Source: a virus. Taken from it: a DNA stretch of 64,000 bases. Where the stretch lies: IMG/VR virus record IMGVR_UViG_3300031857_000110, one strand, 5' to 3'. Positions 48,870 through 58,954 of the stretch are shown here, piece after piece. Both the position numbers and the translations under genes were made by a program. The first letter of the stretch is position 1. Each line of letters starts with the position of its first letter. Below the pieces are notes generated by a model that worked only from the letters and a program-made list of their open reading frames with translations, ran no database searches and was not told the origin of the DNA.

Positions 48870-48929
48870 CGCCGCTTGACAAGCCCGCGTGAATCCCCTA
48901 GTATCAATGAGCAACTAGGGGATTCCCCC

Positions 48930-50363
48930 ATGATCATTCTCAGCTCTGAACAGAAACTGGCAATTGAAGCCGCAAGAAGACAGAATAGTAATTTAATTAT
49001 TGAAGCTGTCGCAGGAGCAGGAAAAACTTTCACACTAATTGAAATTCTCAAAATACTAGAGGGTTCAATTGCCTTTACAGCTTACAATAAAGATATTGCA
49101 ACTGAAATATCCCAAAGAATTTCTCCACTGAATCTTGATAATGTAAATGTTGGTACAATACATTCAATGGGGTTTGGTTCTATTCGTAGAGCATTCAAAA
49201 ATGTTAAGGTTGATGGAAATAAACTCAATAAATTAGCCAAAGAAGAGTTTAATGGAGAATATGAATATCTACGTGATATCGCAATAAAGGGTGCAGAATT
49301 GGCAAAACAAGTAATGCCAAAAACCTTTGAAGACTGGCATAAAATGTTTGATCATTATAATTTATGGGATATGGTTTCCGAAGATGCTGCAATTGATGCT
49401 GCTCAATATTTGTTAAATGTTTCAAATAGTGTTAAAAATGTTGTAGATTTTTCAGATATGATCTATATGCCAATTCAATTCAATTTAAGAATTTGGCAAT
49501 ATGATGTGATTCTATTAGATGAAGCTCAAGATACAAACCGAGCAAGACGAGAATTGATAAAGAAAATGTTAAAGCCTAATGGCATTCTTATTGCTGTAGG
49601 TGATCCTCATCAGGCGATTTATGGTTTCACTGGGGCTGACCACAATTCTTTAAACATAATCAAAGAAGAATTTAATTCAGAGGTTTTAAGGCTATCAACA
49701 ACCTATAGATGCCCAAAGAAAATTGTAGAATATGCTCAAAAATGGGTAGGACATATTAAAGCACATGAATCTGCACCTGAAGGACTATTAGATTTCTGTA
49801 AAATTACAGATATAAATCCTAATCCAAATGATGCAATAATTTGTAGAAATACTCGCCCCTTAATTGAAATTGCTTACAAACTATTAAGAGAAAATATCTC
49901 ATGTAAAGTTGAAGGTAGAAAAATCGGTGAAGGGTTAATTAAATTAATTAATAAGTGGAAGAGTGTCAAAACTGTTTGTCAATTAGAACAAAAATTAGAC
50001 GAATGGGCCGAAAAAGAAATACAAAAAAATAAAGATAAAGAAAAATTCACAGTATGTCAAGATATTGAAGATAGAGTTCAAACAATTAAAGTTTTTATTG
50101 AGCAATGTGAAGAAACTGATGGAATTGCAATTTTAATTCAAAAAATAAAGTCTTTATTTGAAGATAATACTAGCGGTTGTGTTATTCTTTCTACAATTCA
50201 TAAAGCAAAGGGAAGAGAATGGAATCACGTTTATGCATTAGGAATGAATAAGTATTCTCCAAGTAAATGGGCCAAAATGGAATGGGAAATTAAACAAGAA
50301 AAAAATCTTTGTTATGTCCAAGTTACTAGATCTAAACATCATCTTACTATTGTTGAAGCATAA
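48930..50363 (+). CDS. SF1 UvrD/PcrA-like helicase
   Basis: SEQKLAIEAA...IIEAVAGAGKT (UvrD motif I), DEAQD (motif II), C-terminal ILSTIHKAKGREWNHVY (UvrD_C); start at an ATG behind an AGGGGATTCCCCC RBS. Confidence 0.7.
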   Translation: MIILSSEQKLAIEAARRQNSNLIIEAVAGAGKTFTLIEILKILEGSIAFTAYNKDIATEISQRISPLNLDNVNVGTIHSMGFGSIRRAFKNVKVDGNKLNKLAKEEFNGEYEYLRDIAIKGAELAKQVMPKTFEDWHKMFDHYNLWDMVSEDAAIDAAQYLLNVSNSVKNVVDFSDMIYMPIQFNLRIWQYDVILLDEAQDTNRARRELIKKMLKPNGILIAVGDPHQAIYGFTGADHNSLNIIKEEFNSEVLRLSTTYRCPKKIVEYAQKWVGHIKAHESAPEGLLDFCKITDINPNPNDAIICRNTRPLIEIAYKLLRENISCKVEGRKIGEGLIKLINKWKSVKTVCQLEQKLDEWAEKEIQKNKDKEKFTVCQDIEDRVQTIKVFIEQCEETDGIAILIQKIKSLFEDNTSGCVILSTIHKAKGREWNHVYALGMNKYSPSKWAKMEWEIKQEKNLCYVQVTRSKHHLTIVEA

Positions 50364-50375
50364 GCAACACTGATC

Positions 50376-50413
50376 AATAAGAGCTTGACAGACCACACTC
50401 AAGCTCTTATAAT
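50376..50413 (+). promoter_or_regulatory. consensus sigma70-like promoter TTGACA-N17-TATAAT embedded in perfect 11-bp inverted repeat ATAAGAGCTTG / CAAGCTCTTAT
   Basis: Read directly; same palindrome at 52148..52185. Confidence 0.65.
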
Positions 50414-50442
50414 GTTAAAGATGCCAACCTACCAATTCTACA

Positions 50443-50940
50443 ATGTCTAATCTTTTCGCCTGGAATGAAACCATTCAAAATCTTTACCCAGTTCAACCAA
50501 TTCCTACAGTTCAACAAATTCTAGATGAAACTTCTGTTGGTAATGGTTTCCATAAATTTGCAGTTGAAGGTGGATTTGTTCACCTCACCACTGAAGTTTT
50601 CCGTCTAGCACTAGAAGATGCTTATGATCCCACCATGAGGGATTGGCAATTATCTGTTAAATTATGGGTATCGGATAAGACGGCAGAAACAAATTATTGG
50701 GAAAGAAGGTTACACCAAGCACTTATGAATGCAAGTGATGCATTATCAGGTGTCCATCATATTTTCACACAAAGATTGAAACGTGGTGAATGTAAAATAG
50801 AAGCTCGAGATCTTGAGAATTTAATGGGTGATTATGAAGTTTCAGTTAAAATTCTACAAGACTATGCTAAATATATGGAAAATCTCGTTAAAGATAAGGT
50901 AGAAAAAATCATAAGCAACCCTTATCAATCAACTCCTTGA
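50443..50940 (+). CDS. hypothetical protein
   Basis: ORF downstream of promoter. Confidence 0.5.
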   Translation: MSNLFAWNETIQNLYPVQPIPTVQQILDETSVGNGFHKFAVEGGFVHLTTEVFRLALEDAYDPTMRDWQLSVKLWVSDKTAETNYWERRLHQALMNASDALSGVHHIFTQRLKRGECKIEARDLENLMGDYEVSVKILQDYAKYMENLVKDKVEKIISNPYQSTP

Positions 50941-50992
50941 CACTGCCAGCCCCTTGGCATATACTTAAAAGGTCACACAGAGGACTCCAACC

Positions 50993-51214
50993 ATGATCCA
51001 TGCATTTTTAACCACGGGCGCGTGCATTAGTGGTCATATTGGTGACCTTAACTTTAGAAACAAATTAAGGAATGAATCGTCAAGCGTCACGGAGATTCAA
51101 GCTGATGAAGATGAACTAGCTAGAGCATGTTCATTATTGGGAAGAAATCTTCCGCCGGTAAGATTTTACCATTTTGTTGGGGTTAATGCCCAAGAAATTG
51201 CAGCAAATTGGTAG
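50993..51214 (+). CDS. hypothetical protein
   Basis: ORF. Confidence 0.35.
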   Translation: MIHAFLTTGACISGHIGDLNFRNKLRNESSSVTEIQADEDELARACSLLGRNLPPVRFYHFVGVNAQEIAANW

Positions 51215-51359
51215 GAATAATAAATTGCTCAAAGAATTAGGAGTTTAATTCTCCTCCAAATAAACTTTCAGATGGTTTATTTGTTCTCGCTTAGTGTAAT
51301 TGAGGTTCCTTATTTGGAACCTCTACCTGAGCACATTAGTTTATCATCAAGGAGCCACA

Positions 51360-51548
51360 ATGACAACTGAAACATTTGAAATTCAAATTTTAGTTGACAA
51401 TCAATGGACTAATGATGCCTCTTATTTGGGGCATGGTTGTAAACAAAGCCTGAATAAATTTGATGGTTTAGACACAGCTCAATCAGCAATAGAAAGTTTG
51501 ATTGCTGTTGGGTTTGATGGCTCAAAATTAAGAGTAACAAGCCCGTAA
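51360..51548 (+). CDS. hypothetical protein
   Basis: ORF trimmed to an internal Met. Confidence 0.3.
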   Translation: MTTETFEIQILVDNQWTNDASYLGHGCKQSLNKFDGLDTAQSAIESLIAVGFDGSKLRVTSP

Positions 51549-51589
51549 TACCCATAAGCTTTACTAATCATTCCAACCACCAACTAATC

Positions 51590-51931
51590 ATGAAGATCAG
51601 CCAAGAAGCAAAGATTGTCAGACATCCAATGTCCATTTTGACAATTGACAGGAAAAATGGTATTGAAACAAGGGTTATCAGTCAAATGCCACAAGGAATT
51701 TATGTTAATGATCGCTTATATTCTTATGCTGAGGCGATCCGTAAAGTAAATCCACTTAATCAGTTACACTGGCCGTCAGATGTTCATACACATGTTCATA
51801 TGAATGCTGTAACTGCATTCCTAAAAACCTTTGAAGCTGCATGTCTTAAAAAAGATTACATCCTTAAAGAGATTATTGTTAATGGTAATGGGTATATCTT
51901 TAATTTTGACTTGGAAAATCAATCACTCTAA
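51590..51931 (+). CDS. hypothetical protein
   Basis: ORF. Confidence 0.4.
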   Translation: MKISQEAKIVRHPMSILTIDRKNGIETRVISQMPQGIYVNDRLYSYAEAIRKVNPLNQLHWPSDVHTHVHMNAVTAFLKTFEAACLKKDYILKEIIVNGNGYIFNFDLENQSL

Positions 51932-51934
51932 ATC

Positions 51935-52135
51935 ATGGCGCTTTTCAGTTTTCTTATTTCTGCATACCCCTATGTATGTTTCATGGTGTTCGGATTTTTT
52001 GTAGGAATTTCAACCTCCAATTGTGAGAGAAACCCAACTATATTTGAGAAATTAGTGCTCATTTCAACTTCTGCAATTTTGGCAATTTTATGGCCAATTG
52101 TATTAATTATATTTTTTTGGTTGGTTGATCCATAA
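51935..52135 (+). CDS. small two-TM membrane protein
   Basis: Two hydrophobic helices in 66 aa. Confidence 0.4.
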   Translation: MALFSFLISAYPYVCFMVFGFFVGISTSNCERNPTIFEKLVLISTSAILAILWPIVLIIFFWLVDP

Positions 52136-52147
52136 GCAACACTGATC

Positions 52148-52185
52148 AATAAGAGCTTGACAGACCACCCTCAAGCTCTTATAGT
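52148..52185 (+). promoter_or_regulatory. sigma70-like promoter TTGACA-N17-TATAGT within palindrome ATAAGAGCTTG/CAAGCTCTTAT
   Basis: Read directly. Confidence 0.6.
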
Positions 52186-52211
52186 AAGAAAGTCAACTTC
52201 AACCACACAAG

Positions 52212-52631
52212 ATGGATACCAACGATTTTTTCACACTTCTCGGACTTGAGCATCATCATGTAATGATAGGCTCTAGAGCTTATATGAATACGCCATATTC
52301 TGATTATGATTATATGTGTTATATTTTCGATAAAGACGAAATATTACAGACACTTAATAATCGTGGAATTAAGTATAGTGTAAATGCTCACGGGACTATT
52401 CAAATTCTTGTTAGTTTTTTTAAAACTTCAAAATTTGAAATTCCTCAAACCACTCAAATTCACATATGCTTTATTAAGGATTTTGTAGCATGGGAGAAAG
52501 CAACTGATTGTATGAAAATAGTTTCTAAAAAAACTGAACTATTTTCTAATTGGTCTAAAAAAGATAGAATTAGTCTTTTCTGTGATTTTGTTGTGTATTT
52601 TGGTGGAGACAGGCCAAAAAACTGCTATTAA
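52212..52631 (+). CDS. hypothetical protein
   Basis: ORF. Confidence 0.45.
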   Translation: MDTNDFFTLLGLEHHHVMIGSRAYMNTPYSDYDYMCYIFDKDEILQTLNNRGIKYSVNAHGTIQILVSFFKTSKFEIPQTTQIHICFIKDFVAWEKATDCMKIVSKKTELFSNWSKKDRISLFCDFVVYFGGDRPKNCY

Positions 52632-52722
52632 ATGGGGTTGATCCATAAGAAATCCTGATCAATGAGAGCTTGACAAACCACGCTCAAGCTCTTATAGTAA
52701 GAAAGTCAACCTCACTTGCACC

Positions 52723-52977
52723 ATGGACAACAAGAGCATTCAAGTCGGTCGGTTGTGGACAGCTTCCCTAGCATGGAAAGATGCTGCAGAAGTATATTTA
52801 ATTGCAGGAGATCTCAATAAGTATCGACACTGCAAGAAAGAACAGGCTGATCTTCTTTTGATGAGAGCAAAGATTCTTAAAGAGATTGCTGATGGAAATA
52901 ATTCTCCTGATTATGTCTGGAAAGCTAAGATTTCCACATCAGCAGTGCAATTGCCCATAAGCAACACTGATCAATAA
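52723..52977 (+). CDS. hypothetical protein
   Basis: ORF behind a promoter cassette at 52660. Confidence 0.45.
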   Translation: MDNKSIQVGRLWTASLAWKDAAEVYLIAGDLNKYRHCKKEQADLLLMRAKILKEIADGNNSPDYVWKAKISTSAVQLPISNTDQ

Positions 52978-53032
52978 GAGCTTGACAGAATCTCAAAAAT
53001 CCATTAGTTTACCTTCATCCGCAACACTGATC

Positions 53033-53275
53033 ATGAACAACAAGGAATTGTTTGAATCGCATTTGAACGAGGCATACATTGATTTATTTCAAAATGATGC
53101 AGACTATTCTTATGCAGCAGCCAGAAAAACTCCTGCTGAATTGGCATCTTTAATGACAGTTTCTTTAGCCAGGGGTGAAGCCAATTTGGAAGGTGAGGGT
53201 ATAACAAGAGCCTGCAAAGCTGTAGGAATAAAGAAAACCCGTAAAGCAATTAAAGAATTTTTGAATAAGCCATAA
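53033..53275 (+). CDS. hypothetical protein
   Basis: Start trimmed; the TTG at 52982 is the -35 box. Confidence 0.45.
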   Translation: MNNKELFESHLNEAYIDLFQNDADYSYAAARKTPAELASLMTVSLARGEANLEGEGITRACKAVGIKKTRKAIKEFLNKP

Positions 53276-53317
53276 AATCTAAAAGATAATTTTAGTCTTA
53301 ACCCATTCAACACTCCA

Positions 53318-53539
53318 ATGGAAAATCTTTTTGTCAACATCAACCGACGGTCTGATCCAGATTCACCTAAATGGGTTAGATTGAGTGAGATTCTTACATT
53401 TCATGATACAATTTTCGGTGTTAGAGTAATTTGCAAGGGAGGACATAAGTTTACCGGAACATTGAAATCAAAATTTCTAATGCATGTAATTGCAAAAACT
53501 ACAAATACTACATTGAATGATATTGACTATTCCATTTGA
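53318..53539 (+). CDS. hypothetical protein
   Basis: ORF. Confidence 0.4.
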   Translation: MENLFVNINRRSDPDSPKWVRLSEILTFHDTIFGVRVICKGGHKFTGTLKSKFLMHVIAKTTNTTLNDIDYSI

Positions 53540-53542
53540 TTA

Positions 53543-53806
53543 ATGAAAATCATTAAATTAAGACATCTTTCGCAAAACTCACTCATGAATTATTCAATAG
53601 GGCATTGGTATATGAAAGGTTGCCTTGCATGTTATAGAAATGCCTTTCTAAATGAAGAAATTTTTTATAACAAAGAGACTCTACTAATTTCTATTGAGAA
53701 TGTGAAAAATTCTCGTAATAGTTATATTACAGAAGAGGCATATCAAACTGTTTTGAGACATTTTGAGGCTGGACTTCTTCTTTTTGAATGTCAAAATAAA
53801 CCATAA
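53543..53806 (+). CDS. hypothetical protein
   Basis: ORF. Confidence 0.4.
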   Translation: MKIIKLRHLSQNSLMNYSIGHWYMKGCLACYRNAFLNEEIFYNKETLLISIENVKNSRNSYITEEAYQTVLRHFEAGLLLFECQNKP

Positions 53807-53890
53807 GCAACACTGATCATTCAATAGCTTGACAGCAGCTCAAAAACCCATTAACTTACTTTCATCCACATCAGGGAGGTTTCCCCGCTC

Positions 53891-54541
53891 ATGATTACTG
53901 AATCTGAAGTCAATTCTGCGGTTTATACGCTTCTGCGGTCTAAGAATCTTGAGCATCTTAATGCTCATTCGGGGCTTATTGCCAGGATCAGGAGAGAATG
54001 GAATTCTTTCAAGAAATCTGCAATAAGTCTAGGGTTTAACCCAGAAGAACACCGCTTAACTGCATACAATATTGCTGAAGGTGATCTATGGGATCATGCT
54101 GCACATGACTGGATTTTAACTAGAGAAGGTTGTGGGTGTGGTTTCTGGGATGGTGATTGGGAAAAGAATATGGGAGAAAAGCTAACCGAATTGTCCAAGA
54201 CTTTCGGGGAGTTGGATGTATATTCTGAACGGGGCTATGTTTATAGCGAGTTCCCATGTAATATCAATAAGATTGCAACTTATTGTTTTATTAAATATAA
54301 AAACTTCAGCCAACGCGGGGCCAGCCTCATTCAATTCCCACAGAAAAACGCAACTTCATATCTGGTTAAATTACCTGAGATTGATAAACACTGGAGAAGG
54401 ATTAACTGTAGATGTGTATCTATAGATGGTGGGTTTGAATTTATAGATTGGTGTCATGTGAAGGGAGAAAAAATTTGTCTAGGGAATATATTAGGTAGAA
54501 TTTATGTACCTGTAGATGATGTTGTTAAAGTTGAACTATAA
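53891..54541 (+). CDS. hypothetical protein, family B (paralog of 56882..57508)
   Basis: Alignable throughout: EVNSAVY...RIRREWNSFKKSAISLGFNPEEHR...DLWDHAAHDWIL...IATYCFIKYK...KLPEIDKHWRRI; GGGAGGTTTCCCC leader. Confidence 0.6.
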   Translation: MITESEVNSAVYTLLRSKNLEHLNAHSGLIARIRREWNSFKKSAISLGFNPEEHRLTAYNIAEGDLWDHAAHDWILTREGCGCGFWDGDWEKNMGEKLTELSKTFGELDVYSERGYVYSEFPCNINKIATYCFIKYKNFSQRGASLIQFPQKNATSYLVKLPEIDKHWRRINCRCVSIDGGFEFIDWCHVKGEKICLGNILGRIYVPVDDVVKVEL

Positions 54542-54619
54542 TGGATTCTAATCAATGGAGGCTTGACAGCGAGAGATAAACCCCTTACAGTAACAGAGTA
54601 ATCCACCACACTCAAAACA

Positions 54620-55156
54620 ATGTCAACAAAAAGAGAGCTTCAAAGTGAAATTGAAAGTTTGAAAAGAGACATAGATTGCATAACCAATAGAATTAAAGAA
54701 AGAGAAGAAGAATTATCTAAGTATTCAGCACCAGATCGCATTAGAGATGCTGATGTTGGTGAAACATTGGCAGATGGTTGTGTATTGATAGATTTTCTAC
54801 GTGGCAAAGACCGAGCATGGGCAATTCTAGGCGCACCCGTAGAAACCATTCAGTACACTACGCTTAAAGATATGGATAAAATTAAAAAAGAATTATCATT
54901 AGGCCCAGAATGGTTTCTACCTACACACCAAATTGCTAAAAGTATTTGCATTGATCCTTGCCATTTTGAACTTCTCCCGGTGGGTGAGTATTGGACATCT
55001 ATTTCTGAGAATGAATATATTCTCATTGCGGAGAATAACGCGCTTGTATTTGCCACCTTAAGATACGCGAATAACAACAATCTTTCTAGACTGGCTTGGT
55101 ATTGTAAGATTGTTGAGTTTAGTGTGCATCCATCATACGATTATTTACCTTATTGA
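54620..55156 (+). CDS. hypothetical protein
   Basis: ORF behind promoter 54563. Confidence 0.45.
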   Translation: MSTKRELQSEIESLKRDIDCITNRIKEREEELSKYSAPDRIRDADVGETLADGCVLIDFLRGKDRAWAILGAPVETIQYTTLKDMDKIKKELSLGPEWFLPTHQIAKSICIDPCHFELLPVGEYWTSISENEYILIAENNALVFATLRYANNNNLSRLAWYCKIVEFSVHPSYDYLPY

Positions 55157-55238
55157 TCTATAAGAACGACTTATCAATAAAAGCTTGACAAGCCATAATT
55201 CTTCCCCTATCATTAAAAAGTCTTCAACACTTGAATCA

Positions 55239-55532
55239 ATGACTGATCAAACTGCTCGCCAGCGTGCAATCCATGCAGCTAACATGCAATGGGCTGCACA
55301 CCTAAAGCGAACCGCTCAAAAAGCTGCTCAAGATGCAGATAAAGCTTCTCTAGCAGCCTCTCAAGCACATGACCGAGTAAACACTCTTCGTGCAGCATTA
55401 GCGGCTGCTCATGCTAATCTTCAAAGTTCAATAGCAGCAGCCATCACAACACAAGATATTTCAAATAATGCTAAGCTAAATGCCATAGATGCTCGTACAG
55501 ATTACCATACTTTTATGGATAGTATCAAATAA
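55239..55532 (+). CDS. Ala-rich coiled-coil protein (GC-rich)
   Basis: Start trimmed; the TTG at 55185 is the -35 box. Confidence 0.45.
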   Translation: MTDQTARQRAIHAANMQWAAHLKRTAQKAAQDADKASLAASQAHDRVNTLRAALAAAHANLQSSIAAAITTQDISNNAKLNAIDARTDYHTFMDSIK

Positions 55533-55539
55533 TTGTATC

Positions 55540-55695
55540 ATGAAAAACGGTTCATATTGGTCGGATAAAAGAGACATTCCAAGCGGAAAATATGGTAAGA
55601 CTAAGCTGCCTGACTGTGAATGTACTGGTATATTTACATGTAGAGTCTGTTTAGATTATAGTATTATTAGGGACAAAATCTTTCCAAACTCATGA
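55540..55695 (+). CDS. small Cys-rich protein (51 aa)
   Basis: CECTGIFTCRVC; ATGA overlap with the next gene. Confidence 0.3.
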   Translation: MKNGSYWSDKRDIPSGKYGKTKLPDCECTGIFTCRVCLDYSIIRDKIFPNS

Positions 55696-56180
55696 AAAGT
55701 TTTCACCAACAACTGGCAACATTCAAAGCTCTTGACAAACAAAAAAGAGAGAATCCTTTTCGTAAGGAATGGATAAATTCACAGTCTCTCCATTATACAG
55801 AAAGATGGAAAAAAGAAGCTGATATTATTAAAAGGTATGTTGAATTATCACGAGGAAAGTTTCCTGATTTTGTTCTAGAGAATTTTTATTGCTTAAAATA
55901 TATGATAACAGGGGAAGCTTTTAATCTTGGCTGGGGTTTTGAATGTAATAATGTAATTTATTGGAAAGATACAAAAAGAGAGATAATGGCTGAATGGATG
56001 GATAGATATAATCACACATGCGATTATCTAGGACCAATTAAAAGAGTAACCATGCTGGAAAGTATGCTGTATAATAGATTCAATTTTATAGGGCCAATTG
56101 AACGAAAAATCTTGCATGAAAGTATGCGGAGTGACTCATATGGAATTCTAATGCCTCAAGGTCTTGACAAAAGCACTTGA
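55692..56180 (+). CDS. hypothetical protein; 3' end contains the next promoter
   Basis: ORF. Confidence 0.45.
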   Translation: MKSFHQQLATFKALDKQKRENPFRKEWINSQSLHYTERWKKEADIIKRYVELSRGKFPDFVLENFYCLKYMITGEAFNLGWGFECNNVIYWKDTKREIMAEWMDRYNHTCDYLGPIKRVTMLESMLYNRFNFIGPIERKILHESMRSDSYGILMPQGLDKST

Positions 56181-56219
56181 GACATTCTAGTATAAACAAG
56201 TAATCCACAGAGGGTTCCC

Positions 56220-56726
56220 ATGGCTCCTATTCACTTCCACCGCGACAATAATTTGAAAGAAGTAATTGTTGCAACAAATAAAATCAATAAAGTATGTAAT
56301 ATTATTCAACCGCAGATCATAGAAACTTTAAGACCTTTCAGGGGCAAAAAAATAATTAAGGTAACTCCTTATCGTACTCTAACGAGTAAAGTTTTTGAAG
56401 TTCTCAATCCAGTTTTAGAAGAATACCGAAAAACAATGGGAGGTATGTATATCTTGGATTATCAATCTAATTATAGTCTGTCTTTGAAAGTTCAGGTGCC
56501 GTATAAATTGCATTATGATGATGGGGGGTTTCAAGGCAGTTTGTCTCATTTTCTTTATTTGGGTTTTTTGGAAAACAGTACTTACCTTAAGGACGAAGAT
56601 CTAAAGTTATGTAAGAGTAAGGAAGATTATGATTTTGATGAAATTAAGTTGAAAATGGTGCAGCTTAAACAGTTGGAAGAACAATTTGATGCATTAAAGA
56701 GTGAATTATCGCGCTTCTTGCGATAA
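56220..56726 (+). CDS. hypothetical protein
   Basis: ORF behind promoter 56164 with GAGGGTTCCC leader. Confidence 0.5.
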   Translation: MAPIHFHRDNNLKEVIVATNKINKVCNIIQPQIIETLRPFRGKKIIKVTPYRTLTSKVFEVLNPVLEEYRKTMGGMYILDYQSNYSLSLKVQVPYKLHYDDGGFQGSLSHFLYLGFLENSTYLKDEDLKLCKSKEDYDFDEIKLKMVQLKQLEEQFDALKSELSRFLR

Positions 56727-56751
56727 GGAATAGACCATATTACTCCCCGGT

Positions 56752-56816
56752 TTGCTAGTCTTACTGGGGATTTTTTGTGTTTAATGTTTTAATGTGACAC
56801 TTTAAGAACTGGCACA
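56752..56816 (+). repeat. about 65-nt reiterated element GCTAGTCTTACTGGGGATTTTTTGTG(T/C)TTAATGTTTTAATGTGACACTTTAAGAACTGGCACA, copy 1 (second copy at 57907..57971)
   Basis: Near-identical copies read directly. Confidence 0.85.
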
Positions 56817-56881
56817 TTCTTAACCACCTTTCCGCCCTTACCTGCTGTAGGATAAACAAGCAAACAAAGGGAGGTTCCCCC

Positions 56882-57508
56882 GTGACTACACAATCTGAAG
56901 TTAATGCTGCAATTGCAGCATTGTATATTTCCGATGAATTTGATGATAAAAAGGTTACTAAATCTCTAAACTCTCGTATAAAAAGAGAATGGTTATCATT
57001 CAAAGCTTCTGCTATAAATATAGGTTTTGACCCTGAAAAACATAGAACATTTACGCTAGATAAATCTAAAGAAGACTTATGGGGTTATGTTGCACATGAC
57101 TGGATAATGATTCGTAATTTGGGATTTTTAGACGGCCATTGGCAAAAAGATAAGGCAGAGAAATTAGCAGAAATTGCAAAATCTTTTGGCCGGTTGGAAG
57201 TATTTCAACAGGGTGATTATATCTTTCCACGTTCAGATGAGTATATCAATAAGATTGCAACTTACTGCTTTCTTAAGTATAAAGAAGTGTCACACTCACA
57301 TTTGAATAAAGATGGTTATGGTAAGACTTCATCGCCATATATGATTAAGTTACCCGAGATTGATAATCAATGGAGGAGAATATATTCTTTATGCTATTCT
57401 AATACATCAACCGAAATCATTACAATAAAAGGTGAAACATTATTATTGGGGAATCTATTATCGGATTTTTGTATAGCAGTTGGAGATACAGTTAAGATTA
57501 ATTTGTAG
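56882..57508 (+). CDS. hypothetical protein, family B (GTG start)
   Basis: Paralog of 53891..54541. Confidence 0.6.
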   Translation: MTTQSEVNAAIAALYISDEFDDKKVTKSLNSRIKREWLSFKASAINIGFDPEKHRTFTLDKSKEDLWGYVAHDWIMIRNLGFLDGHWQKDKAEKLAEIAKSFGRLEVFQQGDYIFPRSDEYINKIATYCFLKYKEVSHSHLNKDGYGKTSSPYMIKLPEIDNQWRRIYSLCYSNTSTEIITIKGETLLLGNLLSDFCIAVGDTVKINL

Positions 57509-57603
57509 GTATAACAAGCTCTCATAAGAGATGCTAATGCCTTAAGGGTTGACAGATCCCCTTAAGACATTCTAGTATAAACAAGTAATCCACAGAGGTT
57601 TTT

Positions 57604-57906
57604 ATGCACTCCCAACATCCAGCAATTATTGAATGTTTGAATAGTTTCAATTTTGAAAATGTTCACAAAATAATGGTACTTCTAGATTGGAAATATGCTA
57701 TGCCTGCACCACCATATTATGCTGAGGTTCCTAATATAGAACGGCTGAAGGAATGCGCAGAATATCTATTGCGTCTATCTGTGCAGCATAGATGTGATTG
57801 GAGTAGTGGTGGATTTGAAGCGAAATATATTGTCGGGTGGGATGGTTTTGTTAAGCTTCGCTTATGCTTCGTGGCAGTTGATTGTCAGGTGAATTGTAAA
57901 GAATAA
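57604..57906 (+). CDS. hypothetical protein
   Basis: ORF. Confidence 0.45.
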   Translation: MHSQHPAIIECLNSFNFENVHKIMVLLDWKYAMPAPPYYAEVPNIERLKECAEYLLRLSVQHRCDWSSGGFEAKYIVGWDGFVKLRLCFVAVDCQVNCKE

Positions 57907-58031
57907 GCTAGTCTTACTGGGGATTTTTTGTGCTTAATGTTTTAATGTGACACTTTAAGAACTGGCACAGTCTAGAGAACCATCCAGCCCTTAGCTGCTT
58001 TATGATATGGAGGTATTCATCCAGGTATTTC

Positions 58032-58328
58032 ATGGCTACGCCAGCATTCAAAACAAAAAAAGGTGACCTTACAGCTTATGCCTTGGCTTGTGGATATATT
58101 GAAAAGGTGGAAATTGGAGATGATATAATAGTTCTGCAAGCTTTGGATTGCCCTAATGTATATCTCGTTTCGTTGTGGGAAGGTAAATATAATTCCCATG
58201 ATAAAGATTATCGCTTGCTAACTGATGCACGAAGAGAGTTTAAGAAGCTCGTCTCTATGAAAAAACGTGCTGACACTTTAAGAACTGGCACGTTCTCAAC
58301 CACCTTTCCGCCCTTAGCTGCTGTATGA
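58032..58328 (+). CDS. hypothetical protein (start uncertain; C-terminal codons run through a reiterated leader)
   Basis: ORF. Confidence 0.35.
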   Translation: MATPAFKTKKGDLTAYALACGYIEKVEIGDDIIVLQALDCPNVYLVSLWEGKYNSHDKDYRLLTDARREFKKLVSMKKRADTLRTGTFSTTFPPLAAV

Positions 58329-58358
58329 TGACAAGGTAAACAAAGGGAGGTTCCCACC

Positions 58359-58874
58359 ATGCCCATCACAATCTATGAATTCGGTGAATTGTCAGATGAA
58401 GCAAAAAGCATTGCATTAAATACCTTTCGTTATATCAATGTTGACTGTAACTGGCATGAAACTGTATGCGAAGATGCAGAAGTAATCGGATTAAAGATTA
58501 CAGAATTTGATATTGATAGAAATACCATAAAGGGACATTTGAAACAAGATTTTTTGGATGTATGTAGGCTAATAAGAAAAAATCACGGTAAAGATACGGA
58601 AACAAGAGACACCGCCAAAAAGTATCTTAAAGAATATATTGCAGAATACTATCGTTATAGGGGCAATGATACACAAAATTTACCAGATTTGCTGAAAGGC
58701 TTCCAATGTGAAGATGAAGCAAAGGATATAGAGATAGATTTTGCCCTCGCACTTTTGGAGGATTATTTCATCATGTTGAGAAGAGAATATGAATATCTCA
58801 CATCTGATGAAGCAGTTAAAGAATCAATTGAATTAAATGAGATGAAATTTCTAGAGAATGGTAATGTGACATAA
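58359..58874 (+). CDS. hypothetical protein
   Basis: AAGGGAGGTTCCCACC leader. Confidence 0.5.
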   Translation: MPITIYEFGELSDEAKSIALNTFRYINVDCNWHETVCEDAEVIGLKITEFDIDRNTIKGHLKQDFLDVCRLIRKNHGKDTETRDTAKKYLKEYIAEYYRYRGNDTQNLPDLLKGFQCEDEAKDIEIDFALALLEDYFIMLRREYEYLTSDEAVKESIELNEMKFLENGNVT

Positions 58875-58954
58875 GCAGTGCTTATCAATAAAGGCTTGAC
58901 AATCCATATTCTTACCTGTAGTATTCTTTCATCCACATCAGGGAGGTTCCCACT

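Noticed and set aside
44014-55240. ORF-track N-terminal extensions beginning with TTG at 44014, 48423, 48876, 52982 and 55185, for example MTNHNSSPIIKKSSTLE
   Set aside because: The TTG is the first triplet of the TTGACA -35 hexamer. The shared leader peptide is encoded by the conserved promoter-to--10-region DNA. True starts are the downstream ATGs (44068, 48477, 48930, 53033, 55239).
56795-56816. Sigma54 (-24/-12) promoter reading of CTGGCAC in GTGACACTTTAAGAACTGGCAC
   Set aside because: TGGCAC is present, but the -12 TTGC(A/T) element at the correct spacing is absent; downstream is TTCTTAAC or TTCTCAAC. No sigma54 activator is evident.
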